From an uncultured delta proteobacterium (GTDB taxonomy: Bacteria; Myxococcota_A; Polyangia; Fen-1088), in assembly GCA_963755125.1 (NCBI GenBank), contig CAVWIP010000012.1:160001-224000 (forward strand): a DNA stretch of 64,000 nucleotides, read 5' to 3'. Shown piece after piece: positions 17,801 through 26,455 of this stretch. The position numbers and the translations under genes were made by a program. The notes beneath the pieces are model-generated. The model was given only the letters and a program-made list of their open reading frames with translations. It did no database searches and had not been told where the DNA came from. Within the stretch, counting starts at the first letter, position 1, and every line of letters begins with the position of its first letter.

Positions 17801-20800
17801 GTGACCTGGAGCTGATGCTCCAGGACCTCGAGGTACGCGTCCATCCGGCCGGCCTTCTCGTACAACTGCTCCAGCGCCTTGAGCGCAGGCAGGTTTTGCG
17901 GATCGACGGTCAGCACCTCCCTGTACGCCTGCACCGCCCGCTCGTTGTCGCCCAGGCGGGACTCCCACAGCTCGCCCACCTGCAGGCGTAGCTTGACCGC
18001 CAGCTCGCCGTCACTGACCACCTGTGACTTTCGCGCCAGCACGTCGGCCAGGCGCTCCCAGGCCTGGGTGCGCCGGTGCAGGCGTTCGAGGGCCTCGATG
18101 GCCTTCAGGCAATGCTCGTCAGCTTGCAGGGCCTGGTCGTAGGCCACCGTGGCCTGGCCCGCATCGCTGATGTGGGTCTCATAGGTTTCGGCCAACGCCA
18201 GCAACACTTCAACCCGTCGCGCCGGATCAGACTCGACTTCGGCGTGCTTGGACAGAACGCTGACCAGATCCTTCCAGCGGGACTCCTTGCGATAGAAGTC
18301 AGCCAGCGCCGCCATGGCGCCCACGTGGTTGGGCTGCCGCGAGAGAGCCTCCTTGGCGGAGGTGATGGCATATTCGGTGTGGTGCAGGGCCGAGTCGTAC
18401 CAGCGTCCGATCTTGACCCACAAGTCGGCCGCCTGCTTCGCGTCCTCCATGCCCTGAGCGGCCTGTGTGTACTCGGACAGGAGCTCCGACCACTTGTTGG
18501 TGACGTTGGCCAGCCGTTCCAGTTCCTGAGCGACGGCGTTGCTCGAGTAGTCCTCACGGAACGCGGCCTGCAGCATGATGAAAGCGGAGTCTCGATCGCC
18601 GATGTGCTCCTCGTAGATACGCGCAATCTCACAGAACAGCTTGATCTTCTCCTCCGCCTCACCGGTGTATTCCACCCGGGCCAACAGCAGCTCCACCAAC
18701 TCAGGCCACACCTTACGCTGACGGTACACATCCTCCAAGGCCGATGAGGCTGCTGCATGCGAGGGGTCCATCTTCAAGACGCGCTCGTAGGCTTCAGCCG
18801 CCGCGCCGCCGTCGCCGATCTTCTCGGACCAGATGGACGCGATCTGCATCAACACATCCACCTTGTCACCCACCGATGCGAGCGCTGCCGCCCGGCGCTC
18901 CAGTACGTCCACACACTCCTCCCAGCGCCCCTCCTGGGTGAACAGCGTCTCCAGCGCCGTGAGAGCACGGGCATCAGCCGCATCGATCTGCAAGACATGG
19001 CGCCACGCCTCGATGGCCGCATCGACGCGCACCAAGGTGCTGCCTTCCAGTTCGCCGAGTTCCGCGTAGCAATCCCGCAGCGTGGCCGCCGGGAAGGTTT
19101 CGCTGCCCACGGCGATGAGTTGGTGCAAGGTTTCCGAGAGCTCTTCCCAGGCCGCGGCGCTCCGGTAGTTGGCTGCGATGGCCTGCAGCGCCTCGACGTC
19201 CCCGGGATTGATCTCGGTGACCTTCTTCCAGCACTCGAGGGCGTTTCTTTCCCGGCCGAGCTTCTCACCCCACACACGGCCCAAACGCTTGTACACCGGA
19301 ATGCGCGCCTCCGGGTCTTCGCTCGCTCGAATCTGGCTGTCCAAAACCTCCGTCAGCTCGCGCCACTCCTCGGCCTGCTCGTGCAGGTCGGCCAAAGCCG
19401 ACAGTGCCACCGGGTCAGCGCCGCGCAGGTCGAGCACCCGCCGCCACAACTCGATGGCCTTTTCACGCTGGCCGAGAACGTCGGACGTGATCCTGGCCAT
19501 GCGCGCGTAGCAGTCGGAGAGCGCTTCGTCGCCCGGGGCGATGTCCAGCATCTTCTCGTAGATCTGGTACAGGTCTTCCCACTGCTCGGCGCGGAAGTAG
19601 ATGCGCTCCAATGCCTCGAGAGCTTCCGGCGAGCGCGACTCCTGTTCCAGCACCGCTAGATAGCTGGCCACCGCTCCCGGCGCGTCGTCGATGACGTCGG
19701 CCAGGATCTTGCCCAGACGCAGGTGCAGCGCGACCAGTTCCCTCGACCCGTCGGTGATGGCGATGCGCCGACGCAAGACATCTGCAAGTTTTTCGTAATC
19801 GCCTTGCTTGTCGTAAACCCGATCGAGGAAAGCCAGGGCTTCGCCGTCACTGGGGTCGAGCGCCAGCACCTGTCCCAGCACATCCTCGACCCGCACCAGA
19901 TCGGCAAGCTCGGCGTCGAAGACCGTGGCCAGGCGGAAGAGAACGTCGCGGCGCACGCGGCGATCGCTGGCCCGGGCCGCCGCGTCCGCCATGCTGGCCA
20001 CGTAGGTTTCCCACTGGTGGGTGGCGCGGGCCAAGCGTAGCAACTCATCCAATCCCTGCTCGGACGCCGGATCCTCGACCACCGCTTTCGACCACCACTC
20101 AAGCGCCGCCACCTGATCCATGAGCTTGGACTCGGAGATCTCCGCCAGCCGCCGCAGCAGCCGCTGTCGCTCCTCGGCGTCGGACTCCACGCCCAACTCG
20201 ACGTGATAGACTCGAACCAGCTTCTCCCACTCCTCGCCCACCCGGTAGAGCGGCTCAAGGACCTGCGCGATCTCCCGCTGCATGGCCCCGCTCGATAGCA
20301 GCCGCTCCAGCGTGGCACGGGTCTCGGCGTGCTTGGGATCGATGTTGAGGATGTCCTGATACGCCTCGACCGCCTTGGGCATGTCCCCCAGCGCCACTTC
20401 CAGGATCTGGGCCAGCCGGAAGGTGAGATCGATGATCTGAGCGTCGCTATCCGCCAGACGGATCTCGCCGCGGACGATGTCGGCCAGCTCCGTCCAGCGC
20501 TCGGTCCTGGTGTAAAGCCGGTCGAGTGCCTCGAGGCCGTCCTTGCGATCGGGCTCGGCATCGGCGACCCGCCGATAGGTCGCGATGGCCTTGTCGAGGT
20601 CATGGGTTTCCTCCTCGTAGATGCGGGCCAGCCGCAGCAGCATCTCGGTCTGCAGCCGACTGTCCAGGATGCGGTCGATCTCGGCGTCGTACACCGCGGC
20701 CAGATCAGCCCAGCGGCCGCTCGACTCGGCCAAGCGGTCAATGTGGGCAATCACCTCCTGATTCGACGGGTCCACCCGCAGGGCGCGGCAGTAGGCATCA

Positions 20801-23800
20801 AACGCCGCGTCGAAATCATTGAGCCGACGCTCGTGAATCTTGGCCAACAGGTCGAGCAACTCGACCCGTCGCACCGGATCCTGCGTGTAGGAAACCATTA
20901 CCTCGTGAACCGCGGCCACCTTGGGCCAGTCGCCTGCGCTTTCGTACACCGGTTGCAACACCTGGGCCGCCGCGATGGGCTCCTCCCCTCGCTGCATCAT
21001 GCCTTCAAGAGCCTTCAGGGTCGGCTCGTGCGAGGGATCCATGGCCAACACGCGCTGATAGGCTTCCGTGGCCCGGCTCGCATCTTTGAGCTTGTCCGAC
21101 CACAGCTCACCGATGCGGTAGCGCAACGAAACCACCTCGGCCGAGGACGAAGACAGCTCGGTCTGGCGCTCGAGCACGTTGAGCAGGTCGTACCATCGCT
21201 CGGTCTGCAGGTAGAGGCGATCCAGGGCCTGCAGGGCATCCAGGTCATCCGGATCCATGTCGAGGATCGACGTGTAGGTTTCTATGGCGCGGGGAGCGTC
21301 TTGCAGTTCGCGGTCGTACACCTGGCCCAGCACGAAAAGCCGTTCCTTCTTTCGTGCCGGGTCCGTGGCCAACTCGGCCTGGCGGGCGTAGACATCCTTC
21401 AAGTCGTTCCAGCGCGACAGGCGCAAGAACAGCCGCACCAGGCTGTCCAGGGCCGTCTCGTTGGTGTCATCCAGGGCCAGGACCTGTCGGTAGACCTCGA
21501 TAGCCTTGTCGGAGTCGTCGAGGACTTCTTCCCAGATCTTGGCTGCGCGCGAGCCCAGCTCCTTCTTGTCGGCCAGCGCATCGACCATGTCCATCTTTCG
21601 CTGCAGCAGCAGAACCAACTGAGCGTAATCGGCGGTGCGGATGTAGATGGCCTCCAGCGCATCCGCCGCTTCCAGGTCGCGCGGTCCCACGGCCAGCGCC
21701 TGCTTGTAGGCCTCTGCCGCAATTTCGGAGTTGCCGAGCTCGTTCTCGGCCAGCTTCGCGACGGCGTGGTAGACGGCGCCCTTCAACTCGTCCGACTGCA
21801 ACTTCTCGGCGGCGGCTTGATAGCGGACCACTAGGTCGTCACACCGGCCGAGGGCCTTGGCCAGGCGTTCCAGGCGTCGGGTCGTCTCGGGATCGAGGGG
21901 ATCCTCGGCCAGCGCGCGCCCCAGAGCCTGGTACGCCCGTGCCGGATCGTCGAGCCCGTCCTCGCAGGCCGTGGCGATCTCGTGCAAGAGGTCAATCTTG
22001 CGCCGCATGTCCAGGGCGTGGCGTGCCTGGATCTCCAGCACCCGTACCAGGTTGCCAAAGTCGCTGCGCGCACGGTACACCGGGTCCAGGATCTCGGCCA
22101 GAACCAGATCGTGGTCGGGGTTGTCGAGCAGTCCTTCCAGCGCCGCCACGGTTTCTTCGTGGCCAGGCGCCAAGTCGAGCAGTCGTCGATACGTCTCCAC
22201 TGCGGACGTGATGTCGCGCAGCTTCTGTTCCCGCAGGTGCCCGAGACGAGAAAGCAGGCGTACCTGCTCCTCCTCGTTGCTCGCCAGCTCGAGCTGTCGC
22301 TGCAGGTTGTCCGCCAGATCGAGGTCCAATCCCTTGTGCACGAAGAGACGATCGAGCGCGCGCAGGGCGGTCAGGCTGCCCGCGTTGTCACCCAGCGCCT
22401 CCTTCCACGCGGCAATCGCCTCGTCGGGATTGCCGATGGCCTCTTCCCATATGGCAGCGATGCGAGCGTGAATCTGCTCGCGCTCCTCGCTAGAGCGGAC
22501 CAGCTCCACCTTCTTCTTCAGGGTGTCGACCAGATCGGACCAACGCTCGGTCCGCGTATACAGTCGTTCCAGGGCTTCGAGCGCGGAGGCGTCTTCCGGT
22601 TCGATCTCCTGGGCCAGGCGGAAGTACTCGACCGCCTTGTCTGATTGGTCGAGCTTCTCGTCGTAGGCCACCGCGATGACCAGCAAAATCTCGCGCTCCA
22701 ACCCGGACGCGAGCTTGCGACTTCCCTGGATTTCGCTGTACAGGGCCACCAACTCCCGCCACTTGTCCATGCGATCAGCCAGCGCTTCCAACGCCGCGCG
22801 CGCCTCGGCCGAGTCGGGACTTATGCCGAAAGCCTCGGCATAGGCCTGGTACGCCCGTTCAGCGCGGCCAGCCTCGCCTTCCAACCCGCCGATGCGCAAG
22901 AGCAGGGCGACCCGGGCCGCGGCATCCGTCTCGCGCGCCAACTTGATACGCTGAACCTGCAGCAACCGCTCCGTCTCGTGTCCCGCCTCGTAGATGGGCT
23001 CGAGGGCCGCCACCGCGCTCATCTGGTGCTGACTGTCGGCAAGATAGACTTCCAGAGCTGCACGCGCGCCTGCATGGGTCGCGTCCAGCGCCAGTGCCTC
23101 CTGATACGACTCCACGGCAACGCCCGGACTCTTCAGGTACTTCTCGGAGACCTCGCCCAGCCGGAACTTCAACTCGGCCGCAGCCGGGTCGTCATTGGGC
23201 AGCTTGAGCTGGCGGACGATGATCTTGCTCAGATCCTTCCAGCGCTCCGTGGCCCGATACAGCCGGTCCAGCGCGCGCAGGGCTTGCACGTCTTCCTTGG
23301 CCGTCTTCAGGATGTCCTTGTACAACTCGATCGCCTTGTCGGCGTCGTGCACCTGTTCTTCGTAGAGCGCCGCGAGCTGCAGTCGCACCTCGCGCTTCTC
23401 ATCCTCGGAGCCGGCCAGAGCGAGTTTCTTGTCGTAGATGGCTAACAACTGGTCGTGCTGGCCGGTTGCAATGTACAGGCGTTCGAGGGCGAGCACGGCC
23501 TGCTCGTCGCGGTCCACGATCTCCAGGATCTCGCGGTTGCGCGCAATCGCCGCCTCGCTGTTGGCCAGCTCCTTCTCGTAGGCTCGCGCCACGGTAGCCA
23601 AGAGGGGAAGACCATCTTGTCCCTGCAGGCTTGGCAGGACGGCCTCGTAGGCTTCCACCAGCAGCGCCCAGTTGCCCGTCTCGCCAGCCAACCGCTCGGC
23701 GTACTCGCGCGCCCATTCCTCACGCGGATTCTCCGACAGCGCCTGCAACGCCACGGTAAGCGCCAGCGGCCTGTCGCCGGCGTCGCTCTCGAGGATTTGG

Positions 23801-25206
23801 GCGATGCGCAGCATGCGCTCCTGGCGCTCGGCCGCATCTTTGGTGTGCTCGAGCTGCACCTGCAGCACCTCGGCCAGCCGCTTGGCGTCCTTGCCCTTCT
23901 CGTACATGGGGATAAGTGCCTCGGCCGCCGCCAGGTTGTGGCCATCGAGGGAGAGCACCTTCTCGAAGGCCTTCTGCGCCTTGTCCGGCTTGTTCAGTCG
24001 GTCGCGGTAGAGGACCGCGATCTTGTTCCACAGCCCCACCCGGGCCGCGTCGGTTTCCGTGTCGGCTTGCCGCTCCAACACCCGCGCGAATTCGTCCCAC
24101 TTGCCCTGGACCGAGTAGAAACCCTCGAGCGCGTCCCAATCCTTGTTCTGCAGATAGAGCTTGCGGAGCGCATCCTGGGCGCGTCGGTTGTCGGGCTCGG
24201 CATCCAGCAGCGTCTTCCACGCGGCCACGGCCAAGTCGAGCCTCTGCAACTTCTCGGTGTACACCGTGGCCAGCTTGGGCAGAATGACGCCGCGTTTGGC
24301 TGGGTCGTCGGTCAGAACGGCCTGCTTGTCCAGAACTGCAGCCAGTTCGTCCCACCTCTTCTCACGCTCGTACAACTTTTCCAGCTCAACCAGCGCCTCT
24401 GCGTCACTGTCGTTGACCTCGAGGACTTTGCCCCACAGCTCGATCGACACGGCCGCCTTCTTGAGCTTCTCCGTGGCCAGCTTGGCCACCTCGGCCCAGC
24501 GCCTGCCCCGCTCGGCCGGATCGGCAACCCGCGCTATCTCCTGCCGCAACACCGCCACCAGGCGATCCCAGTCCCGCCGCTTCTCGTACATCTGCTTGAG
24601 GAAGGTGAGCGCGTCGGCGTTCCCTGGATCAATCTCGAGAATCGCCTCGAACGCCTTAATGGCCTCGGCTTGGTTCGAGAACTTGTCCAGGTACAGGTTT
24701 GCCACCCTTAGGTGCAGGGCAATCTTCTCCTCGGCGGCCTCGACGATGGCCGCCTTCTTGCGCAAGACCGCAATCAATTCGGGCCAACGCGGGATGGCCT
24801 CGTACTGGGCAGCCAGCGCGTCCATCACCTCAACATTGTCGGGTTGCAGGGCCAGGATCCGGTTGTAGGCCTCCACCACCATCACATCGAGCTTGAGCCG
24901 ATCGCGGTACAGCTCGACCATCTCCAACAACACGGGAACCTTCGCCTCGGGAGTAGGCCAAGTCGCCTTCTCAACCGCTTCCTTCAGGACCTCCACGCAT
25001 GCCTTCCATCGTTCCGCCCTCCGGTATACCCGGGCCAACTCGCGCCTGGGCTCCCATGCCGAGGGCGCGGCAGCCGCGATCTTCTTCCACGCATCGATGC
25101 CCTTCTCCACCGACAGACGTTCGGTCTCCAGCGCTGCGGCTGCCTGGCCCTGCAGCTCCGCTGGAAAGTCCTCAAGCACAGCGTTCGAGGTTGATTCCTT
25201 GCCCAC
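14821..25206 (-). CDS. gltI: Giant TPR-repeat protein, AgmK/GltI-like gliding motility protein (3461 aa)
   Basis: GTG start after GGAGG; dozens of TPR-like repeats (A..AL.RLY....W..L); size and position downstream of gltG resemble AgmK/GltI. Confidence 0.75.
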   Translation of the reverse strand: MGKESTSNAVLEDFPAELQGQAAAALETERLSVEKGIDAWKKIAAAAPSAWEPRRELARVYRRAERWKACVEVLKEAVEKATWPTPEAKVPVLLEMVELYRDRLKLDVMVVEAYNRILALQPDNVEVMDALAAQYEAIPRWPELIAVLRKKAAIVEAAEEKIALHLRVANLYLDKFSNQAEAIKAFEAILEIDPGNADALTFLKQMYEKRRDWDRLVAVLRQEIARVADPAERGRRWAEVAKLATEKLKKAAVSIELWGKVLEVNDSDAEALVELEKLYEREKRWDELAAVLDKQAVLTDDPAKRGVILPKLATVYTEKLQRLDLAVAAWKTLLDAEPDNRRAQDALRKLYLQNKDWDALEGFYSVQGKWDEFARVLERQADTETDAARVGLWNKIAVLYRDRLNKPDKAQKAFEKVLSLDGHNLAAAEALIPMYEKGKDAKRLAEVLQVQLEHTKDAAERQERMLRIAQILESDAGDRPLALTVALQALSENPREEWAREYAERLAGETGNWALLVEAYEAVLPSLQGQDGLPLLATVARAYEKELANSEAAIARNREILEIVDRDEQAVLALERLYIATGQHDQLLAIYDKKLALAGSEDEKREVRLQLAALYEEQVHDADKAIELYKDILKTAKEDVQALRALDRLYRATERWKDLSKIIVRQLKLPNDDPAAAELKFRLGEVSEKYLKSPGVAVESYQEALALDATHAGARAALEVYLADSQHQMSAVAALEPIYEAGHETERLLQVQRIKLARETDAAARVALLLRIGGLEGEAGRAERAYQAYAEAFGISPDSAEARAALEALADRMDKWRELVALYSEIQGSRKLASGLEREILLVIAVAYDEKLDQSDKAVEYFRLAQEIEPEDASALEALERLYTRTERWSDLVDTLKKKVELVRSSEEREQIHARIAAIWEEAIGNPDEAIAAWKEALGDNAGSLTALRALDRLFVHKGLDLDLADNLQRQLELASNEEEQVRLLSRLGHLREQKLRDITSAVETYRRLLDLAPGHEETVAALEGLLDNPDHDLVLAEILDPVYRARSDFGNLVRVLEIQARHALDMRRKIDLLHEIATACEDGLDDPARAYQALGRALAEDPLDPETTRRLERLAKALGRCDDLVVRYQAAAEKLQSDELKGAVYHAVAKLAENELGNSEIAAEAYKQALAVGPRDLEAADALEAIYIRTADYAQLVLLLQRKMDMVDALADKKELGSRAAKIWEEVLDDSDKAIEVYRQVLALDDTNETALDSLVRLFLRLSRWNDLKDVYARQAELATDPARKKERLFVLGQVYDRELQDAPRAIETYTSILDMDPDDLDALQALDRLYLQTERWYDLLNVLERQTELSSSSAEVVSLRYRIGELWSDKLKDASRATEAYQRVLAMDPSHEPTLKALEGMMQRGEEPIAAAQVLQPVYESAGDWPKVAAVHEVMVSYTQDPVRRVELLDLLAKIHERRLNDFDAAFDAYCRALRVDPSNQEVIAHIDRLAESSGRWADLAAVYDAEIDRILDSRLQTEMLLRLARIYEEETHDLDKAIATYRRVADAEPDRKDGLEALDRLYTRTERWTELADIVRGEIRLADSDAQIIDLTFRLAQILEVALGDMPKAVEAYQDILNIDPKHAETRATLERLLSSGAMQREIAQVLEPLYRVGEEWEKLVRVYHVELGVESDAEERQRLLRRLAEISESKLMDQVAALEWWSKAVVEDPASEQGLDELLRLARATHQWETYVASMADAAARASDRRVRRDVLFRLATVFDAELADLVRVEDVLGQVLALDPSDGEALAFLDRVYDKQGDYEKLADVLRRRIAITDGSRELVALHLRLGKILADVIDDAPGAVASYLAVLEQESRSPEALEALERIYFRAEQWEDLYQIYEKMLDIAPGDEALSDCYARMARITSDVLGQREKAIELWRRVLDLRGADPVALSALADLHEQAEEWRELTEVLDSQIRASEDPEARIPVYKRLGRVWGEKLGRERNALECWKKVTEINPGDVEALQAIAANYRSAAAWEELSETLHQLIAVGSETFPAATLRDCYAELGELEGSTLVRVDAAIEAWRHVLQIDAADARALTALETLFTQEGRWEECVDVLERRAAALASVGDKVDVLMQIASIWSEKIGDGGAAAEAYERVLKMDPSHAAASSALEDVYRQRKVWPELVELLLARVEYTGEAEEKIKLFCEIARIYEEHIGDRDSAFIMLQAAFREDYSSNAVAQELERLANVTNKWSELLSEYTQAAQGMEDAKQAADLWVKIGRWYDSALHHTEYAITSAKEALSRQPNHVGAMAALADFYRKESRWKDLVSVLSKHAEVESDPARRVEVLLALAETYETHISDAGQATVAYDQALQADEHCLKAIEALERLHRRTQAWERLADVLARKSQVVSDGELAVKLRLQVGELWESRLGDNERAVQAYREVLTVDPQNLPALKALEQLYEKAGRMDAYLEVLEHQLQVTAPDDDRVALLLRMAQVCEQLPGKIDDAIDSLQQALTIDPRNLKACQDLERLYRGERKWDALVDTFRKHIQVENDVAAKATIYLDMGRVYEEGLRDPDSAIEAFNEILNVDPDHAEALRGLARLYEETEQWERAVDIMQRLVGQASPPEKVDLSYRLGKILDEQMQMSDIAEERLSDALAIDPTHVPSMLSLLNIYKRRGDSFKAAQFMERAESHTPNVLERTRLLYEAGKLYQTELGDEAKAKELYARTLELDPEHVEAATPLADIYYRQSEWAPLVPILEMLTRKADRRAHRELNILCYRLAKAAEQLGDEEKALKYYRSAYELDATHLPTLVDRANLLYRREQWDEAFKLYQTILVHHRESQSEAQIVEIFHRIGHIKTKIGDRAKAINMFEKALEIDPGHRPTLEALTEIHAAAGDWEAVIRQKRALLAHVESDEEKLRLHEEIIGVYKERLKNPQKAIAAYLEAIEVKPDARGLLADVLELLTETKQWKKAVEILLRLAAIETGRVKAKYLQTAGQITNAELHSPDEAVELFNKALDEYPDDLKPFERIDKIMTAKKDWTNQQRAYRRMIKRLGTEVPPEKRSTQIALWHALGEIYRSRLKDYRAAAEAFEVCAKLEPDNMPRHQILAELYQMQGPEAYDKAVRAWRAILRRTQDIGAMVPILKTLRHLFTDMGKYDQVWCTASVLAYLRQADAEELRFHEQYKVKTLSRVKARLNEELWQKYIYHGDEDRYISLILASISQAIMAVRAREHKEVGIRRRDRRDPTNDKLMFSGVFVYVSQALAVTAPELYLRQDWPGELELMNAREKQQLCPSFVVGAALLQGKQEKELAYALGKKLTLMRPDHVVRWPAVVPQVSELKAYFLAALKLVQPKVPIKSDMEQPVAERLELLRRLVPPQNVEQLAEVVRRFIESQAEADLHRWSKAVDFTSSRAGFLMCNDLEVAAHQIQSEPLAVGCADPKDKVRDLIQWCVSDEYFALRAHLGLAIG

Positions 25207-25536
25207 TTGGTCCTCCGGGATGAATAAGGCAATCGCAGGATCGCGACCGCATGCTCCTGGCCGCTCCTTGGGGAGAGGCTAAGACCGCGGAAAATGGAGC
25301 ATTTTATACCACGCTGGCCGCTTTGCACACAACGGGAATGAGCCCCATTTTCTCGTCGGTGCGGGCCTTTTCAACCGCCGTGAGGGCCCCCGCCACGCCT
25401 CCCTGTGCCTACCCGCGGCCGGGCCACCGGGCAGACCTTTCCAAGATCAGGCTGTGCACCCACTCGGAGCGATCGGTGGTGGTCGGCACGAAAACGACCA
25501 CGACCTTCTGCGGCTATCGCGGGATTCGCTTCAAAC

Positions 25537-26424
25537 CTACGGGCCGCTCAGGGCATAGAGCTTGTCGCTCGCGGCCCGCAGGAAGCCAAACGCCGATCCG
25601 TCCTTGCCTCCGCCGGTTGCCACGAACTTCTGCAGATAGTCGCGCGCCTGTTCCTTCTGCTCGTTGGCGTGCGATTCCTCGTACCATTCGGCGTAGGTCA
25701 TACCGCAGTTGTAAAGGGCGTCGAAGAGTCCGCTGTCCACGTCGAGCGCCTTCTTGAACTCGGCCACCGCTTGCTCGTACTGCTTGAGTGACTTGAGAGC
25801 CACGCCGTGGAGGTTGTAGCACTCGGCACTGTTGTCGTTGGCCCGCACGCACTCCGCAAGAACCTGCGCGGCCTCTTTGTCGGCGTCATAGTCGAGGTAA
25901 AGCCGGCCCAGCGCGATGAACGGCTTGTCCATCCGGGGGTTGAGCTCGATGGCGTTGCGCAGAGCCTGGTCGGCCTCCTTGGGACGCTCTTGAAAAAGGT
26001 ACACCAAGCCTAGACGCCACTGAGCCTTGAACAGCTTGGGGTCTAGTTCCGTCGCCTTCTTGAGCGCGGTTTCCGCCTTGTCCAGCTGTTTCGCCTCAAG
26101 ATAGGCTTCGCCCAGGTCGTACTGGAAGTTGGCGTTGCTCGGGCTTCGTTGGGCCGCTCCCTCGAACGCATCGATGGCTTTGTCCCACTTGCGCTGCTTC
26201 TGATAGACCTTGCCCAAGTTGTAATAGGCCATCTCGTAGGTGGGGTCAGTCTGAATGGCCAGCCTCAACTCACGCTCGGCCGAGTCGTAGAGGTTGGTCT
26301 TGAATGCCTCGACACCCTTGTTTGCGATCTCGATGGCTTTGATGCGCTGCTGGCTGCAAACGAATGCATCGCAGGCCGGCAGAATCAACCCGAGGACGAA
26401 CATAGCTTTCAGATAGCGACCCAT
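25537..26424 (-). CDS. TPR-repeat exported protein / putative lipoprotein
   Basis: ATG 26424 after AAGGAG; LILPAC lipobox-like; multiple TPRs (AYYNLGKVY, QYDLGEAY, QWRLGLVY). Confidence 0.85.
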   Translation of the reverse strand: MGRYLKAMFVLGLILPACDAFVCSQQRIKAIEIANKGVEAFKTNLYDSAERELRLAIQTDPTYEMAYYNLGKVYQKQRKWDKAIDAFEGAAQRSPSNANFQYDLGEAYLEAKQLDKAETALKKATELDPKLFKAQWRLGLVYLFQERPKEADQALRNAIELNPRMDKPFIALGRLYLDYDADKEAAQVLAECVRANDNSAECYNLHGVALKSLKQYEQAVAEFKKALDVDSGLFDALYNCGMTYAEWYEESHANEQKEQARDYLQKFVATGGGKDGSAFGFLRAASDKLYALSGP

Positions 26425-26455
26425 CGCGGCTCCTTCCCTTGTCGAATGGCGAGCG

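Noticed and set aside
13429..25194. Numerous plus-strand ORFs of 200-855 aa
   Set aside because: Shadows opposite the rny-like and giant TPR genes, with no recognisable motifs
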